DNA of 27,435 bases from Candidatus Methanomethylicia archaeon (GTDB taxonomy: Archaea > Thermoproteota > Methanomethylicia > Nezhaarchaeales > B40-G2). Position numbers and translations under genes: made by a program. The first letter of the stretch is position 1. The number at the start of each line of letters is the position of its first letter. Below are positions 1 through 7,793 of the stretch, in pieces. The stretch lies in contig JAPDJI010000031.1 of the NCBI GenBank assembly GCA_029259155.1, positions 1-27,435 of the forward strand. Direction: 5' to 3'. The notes under the pieces are model-generated. The model had not been told where the DNA came from, did no database searches, and saw only the letters and a program-made list of their open reading frames with translations.

Positions 1-2
1 GT

Positions 3-1007
3 AAAGGATGGAGGATTTTAGCGGTTAAGCTACCTGGCGTTGCAGGCCTAGTTGGTAGGGAGATTCAGCCGGGAAGGAGGCTGGGCACCGAGCTAAAGGA
101 CTATGCCGTCTTCTGGGGGGGTGTTCAGGGGATCTTCCACACCGATGAGCTGCCAGGCTACGGCGTGAGCCCAGAGGAGGTTGAAGCTCTGCGTGAAGAG
201 CTGAAGGCTGGTAAGCTTGACGCGGTGGTTTTCACCGTGGCTCCTTTAAGCAAAGCTGAGGAAGCCTTGAAGGCGGTGGTGGATAGAGCCAAGCAAGCTG
301 TTCAAGGAGTACCTGAAGAGACGAGGAGCGCTAATCCGGATGGTACAACCAAGTATAGTCGTCCAAGGCCTGGAGCAGCTAGGATGTATCCTGAGACTGA
401 TGTAAGGCCCATAACGATAACCGAGGAGAGGCTTAAGAAGATAAAGGAGGCGCTCCCAGAGCTTCCTGAACAGAAGTTTAAGCGCTTCGTTGAGGAACTG
501 AAACTTAACCCTGAGCTAGCTGAAGCCATGCTTAGGTCTAAGAAACTGGAGCTTTTCGAGAAAATAGTGTCACAGGTTAAGGTACCTCCGGTCCTCGTGG
601 CTTCAACCCTGGAGTATACCTTGAAGGGGTTGAAGAGGGAAGGTTTTGCGGTAGATACGCTTAGCGACGAGGTGTTAATGGAGCTCTTCAAGGAGCTTGA
701 AGCAGGGCACATGTCCAAGGAAGCTATACCGGATGTATTAAAGTGGCTTTTGAGCAATCCGGGGCTCGGTGTGGCTGAAGCATTAAGGTCGCTGGGTCTT
801 AGACTCCTTGCTTTAGATGAGCTTGAACGGATCGTGGAGAGTATAGTTGAGGATAACAAGGAATTGCTGGCTAGAAAGGGGGAGAGGGCGGTGAAGCCGT
901 TGATAGGGGAGGTAATGAAGCACGTTAGGGGGAGGGCGGACGGTAAAATAGTGAGCATGCTCGTAAGCAAGGCTGTTGAGAATAGATTGAAGAAGACCTC
1001 ACTCTAG
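3..1007 (+). CDS. gatE: Glu-tRNA(Gln) amidotransferase subunit E, 5'-truncated by the window edge
   Basis: Frame is open from position 3 (KGWRILAVKLPGVAGLVGREIQPGRRLGTELKDYA...GIFHTDELPGYG) and contains RPRPGAARMYPETD plus a GatB/Yqey-like C-terminus (LIGEVMKHVRGRADG). The start at 165 in the track is internal. Confidence 0.96.
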   Translation, partial: KGWRILAVKLPGVAGLVGREIQPGRRLGTELKDYAVFWGGVQGIFHTDELPGYGVSPEEVEALREELKAGKLDAVVFTVAPLSKAEEALKAVVDRAKQAVQGVPEETRSANPDGTTKYSRPRPGAARMYPETDVRPITITEERLKKIKEALPELPEQKFKRFVEELKLNPELAEAMLRSKKLELFEKIVSQVKVPPVLVASTLEYTLKGLKREGFAVDTLSDEVLMELFKELEAGHMSKEAIPDVLKWLLSNPGLGVAEALRSLGLRLLALDELERIVESIVEDNKELLARKGERAVKPLIGEVMKHVRGRADGKIVSMLVSKAVENRLKKTSL

Positions 1008-1856
1008 GATAACCACATCGTCTATTAATCCATCGCTGTCCCTATCAATCCCTTCGACCACCTTAACCATCAAGCCCCTATCATAGATATTGCCTAGTGA
1101 AAGCTCTGGTAGCTTCTCAGTAAAGGCTACTACGCTTGCCCTCGTTCCTTCAATTCTCTTTCCAGCCAGCACGAGGAGAGTTTTGTCCTCAGCGAAGGGG
1201 TTTGGCACCGTCTCCACGACCCCATTGACATCCTCTCCATAGACTCTCCCCGAAACTCTAGATACTATCTGGTTCTCCTTCTCCACGTCGAAGTAGATAG
1301 GTAGCTCCCTATTCACTCTCCAAGTAAGCATATTAACGGTAGGCCCGCCTATACTGATGAGGTTTTCCTCCAAATCGTCGTTGGTTATCTCGGTGTCGAG
1401 TTTCACCTTCATTCTGCTTCCACCTAGACCACCGAGAAACAACGCTAACTTCACAGCTAAATGTTGGTCTCTGGCTCTAGCCAGAAAGGGGCCATGTACG
1501 TCAGGGCTCCCCACCACTATGAGCCCTCCTTGTTCAAGTAAATGTCTAATTGGACTTGGCATAGGAGTTGGAGCCCTTTCAGCTCTTTCTCCCTTGAGCT
1601 TGATGATAAGCTCACTATAGACTGGAGCGTATCGCCTAGCGATCGCTCCTCTAACCTCCTCTACGCTCACTACTTTGATTAAGCCTGCCTTCTCAAGTTT
1701 ATCGATATGATAGTAAATTAGCTGTTCGTTTAAGCCCAGCTTCCTAGCGATCTCTTTAGGGTAGGATGGTTCTATGGCTAGTTCCTTAAGTATTTGTATC
1801 CTGATGGAGTTTGCGAGAGCCTTTACCTCATCGGAAGATAAGGTTTTGTAGCCCGT
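999..1856 (-). CDS. ArsR-type wHTH transcriptional regulator with a large C-terminal alpha/beta domain; start uncertain (candidate ACG at 1856)
   Basis: The frame of ORF 999..1670 stays open to 1889 and encodes KALANSIRIQILKELAIEPSYPKEIARKLGLNEQLIYYHIDKLEKAGLIKVV, a typical ArsR HTH. There is no in-frame ATG/GTG/TTG upstream of 1670. The C-terminal domain has NLISIGGPTVN and DRDSDG. Confidence 0.8.
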   Translation of the reverse strand, partial: TGYKTLSSDEVKALANSIRIQILKELAIEPSYPKEIARKLGLNEQLIYYHIDKLEKAGLIKVVSVEEVRGAIARRYAPVYSELIIKLKGERAERAPTPMPSPIRHLLEQGGLIVVGSPDVHGPFLARARDQHLAVKLALFLGGLGGSRMKVKLDTEITNDDLEENLISIGGPTVNMLTWRVNRELPIYFDVEKENQIVSRVSGRVYGEDVNGVVETVPNPFAEDKTLLVLAGKRIEGTRASVVAFTEKLPELSLGNIYDRGLMVKVVEGIDRDSDGLIDDVVILE

Positions 1857-1968
1857 CTCTTTACACCTATAGGAGATTTCTTTTACAGGTTAAAATTTCT
1901 TTTTAGTATTCCTTCTTTCTTCGTAAGAAGGTGGTCTGGTATCCATTTATTCTTCTTTTTAAGTAAAG

Positions 1969-1978
1969 CTTTATTAAG
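1969..1978 (+). promoter_or_regulatory. Probable TATA box of glmS
   Basis: CTTTATTAAG about 50 nt upstream of the glmS TTG, preceded by a purine-rich BRE-like stretch. Confidence 0.5.
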
Positions 1979-2025
1979 TTCATGTGAGGCCTAGCCCTTT
2001 GTCCGCAAAGGGGGCTTATCAAGGT

Positions 2026-3849
2026 TTGTGCGGCATTTTCGGATGTACGCTCATTAATGGCTCCGCAGCCATCATCATACATGAAGGGCTAAAGAAGTTA
2101 GAATATAGAGGATATGACTCAGCCGGGCTAGCTACCGTCCACGAAGGGAAACTTTACGTTAAGAAGGGTAAAGGTAAGATAGACGAGATACATAGAGTCC
2201 TGAACTTTGACGACCTTCCGGGACATGTAGGTATAGGGCATACGCGCTGGGCTACGCATGGCGCCCCCTCTCCTCAAAACGCACACCCTCACTCTGATTG
2301 TCATGGTTTGGTTGCGGTGGTCCACAATGGTATTATAGAGAACTTCCATCAGTTGAAGGAGGAGCTCGAAGCTAAAGGCCATGTATTCAAGTCCAGGACC
2401 GACACCGAGGTTATTTGCCACCTCGTGGAGGAAGGGCTTGAGGAAGGACTAAGCTTAAAGGAAGCTGTTAAACGGGCTCTTCTGAAGCTTTCAGGCTCCT
2501 TTGCTGTGGCTGTTGTTTCTCCGCTTGAACCAGATAAAATAGTATGTGCAAGGAAGGAATGTCCTTTAGTCTTAGGGCTTGGAGAAAATGGAACCTTTTT
2601 CTCCTCGGATCTACCAGCCTTGTTATGGTTAACCAATAAGGCTGTTTTCCTCTACGACGGCGACTTAGCGGTGATATCGCCTCAAGGGTATTCGGTGGAA
2701 CGTATAGAGAACGGGGAACCTGTCGATAGAGCAGTGGAGCTTGTCTCTTGGAGCCCCGAGCAAGCCGAGAAGGGTGGTTTCCCTCACTTCATGTTAAAAG
2801 AGATCTATGAACAGCCTCAAGCCGTTAGGAACACTCTACGTGCACCAAGGTCTTACTTAGAGAACATGTGTAGCGTCATAGAGGGGTCTTCGAAGCTATA
2901 CCTTGTAGCTTGCGGTACTTCCTACCATGCATGTCTAGCTGGAAGTTACATGCTTTCCCGCTTAGCAGCCATAGATGCTAAACCAATCTTGGCCTCGGAG
3001 TTTAGTGAATGGTGTGGAAACTTAATTGATGAAAAGACCACGCTGTTGGCATTATCTCAATCTGGCGAGACGGCTGATACCTTAGATGCGATTAAAATGG
3101 CTTTAGAAAAAGGTGCCAAGGTATTATCCATAACCAACGTCATGGGCTCCTCCATAACTAGGCTTTCACACGTCTATATTGGTACGCAAGCAGGGCCTGA
3201 GGTAGGTGTTGCAGCAACCAAGACTTTTACTTCTCAGCTAGCTATCTTAGCTCAGCTATCGTTGATGCTGGGTCTTCGCCGAGGCATTTTAGGAGCGGAG
3301 GAACATAGAGCCTTACAGGAAGCTCTCTTAAATGTGCCTAAGGTTATGGACTTCTGCCTGGGCAACGTGGGACAGCTGGTAAAGTCTATCGCGTTAAGGT
3401 ATGCCTACGCCCCTAGCTTCTACTTCCTTAGCAGAGGTGTCAATGTAGCTACTGCGCTTGAAGGGGCCTTAAAGCTTAAGGAGATCAGCTATATACATGC
3501 TGAAGGTTATCCTGCTGGCGAGTCTAAGCATGGACCCATCGCTCTCATAGAGGAAGGTTTTCCATGCGTCTTCATAGTACCTAAAGGCGAAGTTCGAGGG
3601 AGGCTCCTAGGAAACGTTATGGAGATGAAAACGAGGGGCGCAAGCATAATATCTGTGGCTGAAGAGGATGATGAAGAAGTTAAAGCCTTCTCGCAGGACT
3701 TCATAGGAGTACCCTCAGGCTTACCTGAAGTATTGTCACCTATCGTTTACGTTGTACCCCTACAGCTTCTAGCTTATTACGCAGCGGTGGCTAGAGGTAA
3801 CGACCCAGATAAGCCTCGTAACTTAGCTAAGTCTGTAACTGTGACCTAG
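2026..3849 (+). CDS. glmS: Glutamine--fructose-6-phosphate aminotransferase (isomerizing)
   Basis: TTG-TGC-GGC-ATT at 2026 gives M-CGIFG, placing the catalytic Ntn Cys at the N-terminus. Also LEYRGYDSAG, GHTRWATHG, HNGIIEN, SQSGETAD and PRNLAKSVTV. The GTG at 1984 is too far upstream. Confidence 0.97.
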   Translation: MCGIFGCTLINGSAAIIIHEGLKKLEYRGYDSAGLATVHEGKLYVKKGKGKIDEIHRVLNFDDLPGHVGIGHTRWATHGAPSPQNAHPHSDCHGLVAVVHNGIIENFHQLKEELEAKGHVFKSRTDTEVICHLVEEGLEEGLSLKEAVKRALLKLSGSFAVAVVSPLEPDKIVCARKECPLVLGLGENGTFFSSDLPALLWLTNKAVFLYDGDLAVISPQGYSVERIENGEPVDRAVELVSWSPEQAEKGGFPHFMLKEIYEQPQAVRNTLRAPRSYLENMCSVIEGSSKLYLVACGTSYHACLAGSYMLSRLAAIDAKPILASEFSEWCGNLIDEKTTLLALSQSGETADTLDAIKMALEKGAKVLSITNVMGSSITRLSHVYIGTQAGPEVGVAATKTFTSQLAILAQLSLMLGLRRGILGAEEHRALQEALLNVPKVMDFCLGNVGQLVKSIALRYAYAPSFYFLSRGVNVATALEGALKLKEISYIHAEGYPAGESKHGPIALIEEGFPCVFIVPKGEVRGRLLGNVMEMKTRGASIISVAEEDDEEVKAFSQDFIGVPSGLPEVLSPIVYVVPLQLLAYYAAVARGNDPDKPRNLAKSVTVT

Positions 3850-3886
3850 ACATTAATCGCTAGACTTAATCAACATCAAGGTTTTA

Positions 3887-4576
3887 CTACGTTGTGAGGA
3901 TAGCTAAGCTCCTTATCAAGTCAGCGGTATCTTCACATCTGTCGGCCACGTTCTCCATGCTATCCACCACGTCCTTTAGACACACAAGCCTAGAAGGACC
4001 GAGCTCATCACCGATAAGCAAAATTCTATGTAAAAGTTCCCTCCTCACATCGTCAATGTTCTCTTCAAGCTCTTCAACGCGATCGGCTTTCTCTAAGGCT
4101 TTCTTAGGATTATCTACAAGCTCCTTTACCGCCTGGGACGTTTCATCAACTATTTCAGTCAATCTATCTGCTATATCCTTAAGCCTCCTCAAGATCTCCT
4201 CGTCTTTGATCTTTAAACACATGAATGTTATCCTCGCTCCGGCTCCCTTAGCGTTTGAGGCTATATCATCCATGGTTAAGAGTAGCCTCGTTATTTCATC
4301 CCTATCTATTGGATGAAAGACTCCTACGGAAAGCTCCTTTATAATGTTCCTCTTTAAATCGTCAGCCTCCTTCTCGGCCTTAAAAATCTCATCGAAGCTT
4401 TTCTTAACTTCCCCTACGTTACTTTCACAGAAGGCATAGACCGTCTTCTTAAGGGCCTTCACGGTCACCACTACTTTCTCCATATGTTTTTCAGCCATCT
4501 CAAGGATCTTGCGCTCTCTACGTCTGCCGAGCCAAGCAAGGAAGTTTGTTGTTTTAAGGTTTGACAAGCTTATCAT
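3887..4576 (-). CDS. DUF47 / PhoU-like phosphate transport regulator family protein
   Basis: All-helical protein with duplicated ExxAD / ExxID motifs (EKEADDLKR, EENIDDVRR) and ENVADRCEDTAD. Confidence 0.88.
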   Translation of the reverse strand: MISLSNLKTTNFLAWLGRRRERKILEMAEKHMEKVVVTVKALKKTVYAFCESNVGEVKKSFDEIFKAEKEADDLKRNIIKELSVGVFHPIDRDEITRLLLTMDDIASNAKGAGARITFMCLKIKDEEILRRLKDIADRLTEIVDETSQAVKELVDNPKKALEKADRVEELEENIDDVRRELLHRILLIGDELGPSRLVCLKDVVDSMENVADRCEDTADLIRSLAILTT

Positions 4577-4894
4577 CCACCCTTGACTCTAATATGAAGT
4601 AGCGAAGGGGTTAAGTCTACGTCCGACAGAAGAATTTAAGTTTAACGGGCTAACATTTTCGACCTAAAATCTAATACGGACAACTCTTACTTTCCCCTCC
4701 AACATTTGTAGTGTGTTTTCCCTCATATAGGAGCATGGAGGATGAGCTGGAAGATTATTGTATTTGAGATGCCTACTTAAAGTGATGATTTCTTCTTGAC
4801 ATTTTAAGCTTCCTGAATATTCCTAGGGAATTAGTGCTTGTCGTGTAATCCATACATGGATCAGCTGAAAGCTTCCGTGCCCATAAATTTCTTT

Positions 4895-5899
4895 TTAGCC
4901 TCCTAGGTCTACGATATCCATTACCTTAGGACCTGTGCCTATGAGGGTTACTTTAACCTTGAGTTTATCCTCCACCTCCTCGATGAACCTCAAGGCTTCT
5001 TTACTGAGCTGCTCCTCGGATCTAGCTCCCTCTATTTCGGGAAAGAGGACATCTAGCTTGGTTATTGCCAGCTGCGTGGCTCCATTAAGTATGATAGCTC
5101 TCTTAGCGAGCTCAAAGTTGAAAGGAGCTGCTCTACGCTTCCTACCGGTAACAGTGGCCACTTCGCTCCACCCTCTCCTTTCGGCTTCCTCTTCTGGGAG
5201 CTCGCCGGGAAGAGGGCCACCGCCCACCCTCGTGACGTACGACTTGAAGACCACTAGAACTTCGTCAACCTTCGTTGGCCCTACGCCAACCTCGCTGCAA
5301 ACTGCAGCAGCTGTGGTGTCTCTAGCTGTGACGTAGGGGTAGGTTCCATGATAAAGCGAGAGGAAACAGCCTTGGGTGCCTTCAAGTAGAACATTCTTTC
5401 CTGAAGACAAGTATTTCTCTACTTCACCTGCCACATCGACCAAGTAGGGCTTAAGTTCTTCCACGTCCTTCGCTAACTTAGCTACCCTCTTCACCCTATC
5501 TTCTATGGCAGGTCCTACACCTTGTCCTGTAGTCTGCACCTTCCCAGCTAGGTAAGCGTTCTTTCGATCCCTCTCGATATGGTCTTCCTCTATGATGGAG
5601 CACTGCGGATCTAAGCCTACTCTTCCTTCAGTGCCTGTCAACTTAACTTCGTTTAGGAAGATGGTAGGGTTTACGTTAGCTCCTGCACCTATAAGTAGCC
5701 TACATCCTCCGTAGGTGAAGGCAGTAGACACCATCCTAAGCTTGATAACTCTACCATCCTCAAGGATCACGGTGTGGCCTGCGTTAACTGAGCCTACTCT
5801 TACTGCAAGGTCTAACCTGTTCTTTAGGGCTAGGTAAGAGATTATCTTTCCCTTTCCTTCGTCGCCGAAGAACCCGCCTACGACCACGGTCAGTGGCAT
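4895..5899 (-). CDS. purA: Adenylosuccinate synthetase (short archaeal type)
   Basis: GDEGKGK P-loop, NAGHT, EGTQG, GTYPYVT, TRVGGGP, TVTGRKRR, TKLD; 334 aa. Confidence 0.97.
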   Translation of the reverse strand: MPLTVVVGGFFGDEGKGKIISYLALKNRLDLAVRVGSVNAGHTVILEDGRVIKLRMVSTAFTYGGCRLLIGAGANVNPTIFLNEVKLTGTEGRVGLDPQCSIIEEDHIERDRKNAYLAGKVQTTGQGVGPAIEDRVKRVAKLAKDVEELKPYLVDVAGEVEKYLSSGKNVLLEGTQGCFLSLYHGTYPYVTARDTTAAAVCSEVGVGPTKVDEVLVVFKSYVTRVGGGPLPGELPEEEAERRGWSEVATVTGRKRRAAPFNFELAKRAIILNGATQLAITKLDVLFPEIEGARSEEQLSKEALRFIEEVEDKLKVKVTLIGTGPKVMDIVDLGG

Positions 5900-5938
5900 T
5901 GATCTCCCTGCTCTTTACACACGACTAGGCGTTAAAGC

Positions 5939-6619
5939 TTACTGCTTCTCGGTGAGGAAGGCTTTCTTAATCCTCAACACGCCGCTTCTTCCTTTCCACT
6001 CTTTGACGGCTTCTTCTATGACCAATCTTTTCCTATGAATTGGGCTATCTAGGACGAGGGTTTCAGCTTCTCCTCCTTCAAGGACTAAGCTTACACCGTA
6101 TTTTTGCTTCAGCTTTTTCAGCTTCTCCAAAACCTCTTCATCGAGCTTCCTACCAAGCCACTCTTCACCAAGCCCTAGTGCAGATACGGATACAAAGATC
6201 ACTTCATAGTTCAACTTTAAAAGCTCCCGTAGGTAGCTCTCTTCATCAACGCCCCAAAGCGGCGCGTAGAGCTCTAAACCCAACTTACTACACACTCGCT
6301 CAACCCTTTTACGTTGATACTGGCTCGCCACGGCTCCGCATACGACGGTATTTACATCGAGCTGTAAGAGGACCCTTTCCAGGTCTTCAACTTCCTCTTC
6401 CTTAACGCCCGAGGTCTCCCTCTTTACCAAAGAGATTCCTAAGGCTTCTGATAGTAAGTCCATCACATTGAGCGCTGCTGTATGATACATCCAGGAGTCC
6501 TCTCTCCTCGGCACCATGGTTACTAAATAGGTTACTTCCAGCCCGTTTTCTAATGCTAAGTGGAGAGCTCTCGTGGAATCTTTACCTCCCGTAAATAGGA
6601 CAGCTGCTTTGTCCGTCAA
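5939..6619 (-). CDS. PP-loop ATPase of the diphthine--ammonia ligase (Dph6) family
   Basis: LFTGGKDS, DSWMYH, GAVASQYQRKRVERVC, PLWG, EGGEAETLVLD. Confidence 0.88.
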   Translation of the reverse strand: MTDKAAVLFTGGKDSTRALHLALENGLEVTYLVTMVPRREDSWMYHTAALNVMDLLSEALGISLVKRETSGVKEEEVEDLERVLLQLDVNTVVCGAVASQYQRKRVERVCSKLGLELYAPLWGVDEESYLRELLKLNYEVIFVSVSALGLGEEWLGRKLDEEVLEKLKKLKQKYGVSLVLEGGEAETLVLDSPIHRKRLVIEEAVKEWKGRSGVLRIKKAFLTEKQ

Positions 6620-6654
6620 GTCTATAACCTAAAGCGTTTCTTTGGAAGCGAGCT

Positions 6655-6894
6655 ATGCGCAAGTCTAGGGAAGCTTACTCGCTTATAGAAGATTTACTGC
6701 AGAATAGATCCTCTTACTTCTCTAAGGGGGCTTTAAACTCTGAAGGACGTAAACTCGTAGCTAGGCTCCTTAAGATCATGGCTGAGCTTTCGCCTAGGCA
6801 CTTTGCTAGGCTTAAGCGGCTATATCCTTTTGCCGCTGAGGAAAGGTGGGTGGAGGTGCTAATTGAGCTGAGAGAGGAGTTACTTCAACTATAG
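6655..6894 (+). CDS. Small helical hypothetical protein (79 aa)
   Basis: ATG-started ORF filling the gap between two minus-strand genes, with a plausible composition and no recognised motif. Confidence 0.65.
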   Translation: MRKSREAYSLIEDLLQNRSSYFSKGALNSEGRKLVARLLKIMAELSPRHFARLKRLYPFAAEERWVEVLIELREELLQL

Positions 6895-7589
6895 GTGAAG
6901 CTTAAGGCTTCTATTCTAACTCCTTGAATAGACATGTGCCTTATGAACTCGCATACCCCTTCTATGCTACTCCAGTACATTTGAGGGACTTCAAGAAGCT
7001 CAGCTTCAGGGAATGCTTGTTTTAAAAGAGATCTTAGTTGATGTAGGTCCTCGGAGTTGAAACCCCATATCAATATCGTTTGCTTAAAAGGTGTTTTGAG
7101 GTCAGCTATGGTTTTAAAGGACACAGTTTTAAGCGCAGCTACTACCCGCGGCTTTATGCCGTAAGCGTTGTTAAGATACATGTAGATCTCCTCAGTCACC
7201 GAGGGTGCTCTTCCAGCTCCGAAGTGTTGTCTATAAAGTTCGAGCTGTTTTTCATTTAATAAGTAGCTTGTCCTCATAATGTTCGGTACCACTACATCCA
7301 CTAGCAGCTTCTGATCTAGCCAACTCTCTACTTGGTCTAGTGTCTCCTTTAAACCTATGTAGGGGATAGCCAAGAACACGGCCTCGCCATACTCTGCAGC
7401 TTCTATGTTAGAGCAGCCGATTAAGTCGCCGCTAGCTTCCCTTAACTCGCTCCGCAGCTTCTCGATGAAGAGCTGAGCCCTCTTAGGGTCTCTAGACCCT
7501 ACGTATACTAGCCACCCAGCCTTAGCATAACGTAGAGCTAAAGCACTACCTTCTCTCCCAGTGCCACCGATTATACCGAGCTTCCTCAT
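6885..7589 (-). CDS. F420-dependent NADP oxidoreductase (Fno/NpdG)-like Rossmann protein, divergent
   Basis: LGIIGGTGREGSALALRYAKAG...VGSRDPKRA, NIEAA, LAIPY. ATG at 7589 follows GGAGG/GAGG SD-like motifs; the TTG at 7652 is probably too far upstream. Confidence 0.78.
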   Translation of the reverse strand: MRKLGIIGGTGREGSALALRYAKAGWLVYVGSRDPKRAQLFIEKLRSELREASGDLIGCSNIEAAEYGEAVFLAIPYIGLKETLDQVESWLDQKLLVDVVVPNIMRTSYLLNEKQLELYRQHFGAGRAPSVTEEIYMYLNNAYGIKPRVVAALKTVSFKTIADLKTPFKQTILIWGFNSEDLHQLRSLLKQAFPEAELLEVPQMYWSSIEGVCEFIRHMSIQGVRIEALSFTYS

Positions 7590-7656
7590 TAACTGCGCCT
7601 CAACAACCTCCAATTTTAGTTGGGCTTGGGGGCTTATAGCCCTAGCTCTCAATGAT

Positions 7657-7720
7657 GGGCGTCAGTCCGCCCATCGACGTCATGTCTCTCTTCCTAAGAC
7701 CGTCGTCTCTTCATCCGCCC
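7657..7720 (-). ncRNA. C/D-box 2'-O-methylation guide sRNA (double guide)
   Basis: Minus strand reads GGGCG-G-AUGAAGA(C)-GACGACGGUCUU-AGGA(D')-AGAGAGAC-AUGACGU(C')-CGAUGGGCGGA-CUGA(D)-CGCCC. It has a 5-bp terminal stem, canonical size, both guides complementary to conserved rRNA segments, and a TATA-like TTTTTCAA about 25 nt upstream. Confidence 0.85.
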
Positions 7721-7793
7721 AGGAAAAATCGGTTTTTCTCCTTGAAAAAGTTTAGGTTTAACTTCTTTAACGCATCTTAAGGGGTTAGCGGCC

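Noticed and set aside
302-970. Long antisense ORFs (302..970 and similar: 3894..4316, 4935..5336, 12421..12768, 17941..18279, 22311..22745, 24967..25383)
   Set aside because: Ser/Leu/Phe-rich shadows lying wholly opposite well-supported genes, as expected from codon bias.
1890-2025. glmS ribozyme
   Set aside because: The predicted leader is only about 30 nt and no ribozyme core is recognisable; only a simple hairpin is present.
1984-2025. 14-aa N-terminal extension of GlmS
   Set aside because: The Ntn amidotransferase needs Cys at the mature N-terminus, which the TTG at 2026 provides.
4782-4816. Second C/D-box sRNA (GTGATGA...CTGA)
   Set aside because: Only 24 nt separate the boxes, the sequence is AT-rich, and there is no terminal stem or recognisable rRNA complement.
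7561-7755. 64-aa plus-strand ORF spanning the sRNA region
   Set aside because: It overlaps the oxidoreductase start and the promoter region, has no SD or motif, and the interval is better explained by the C/D sRNA.
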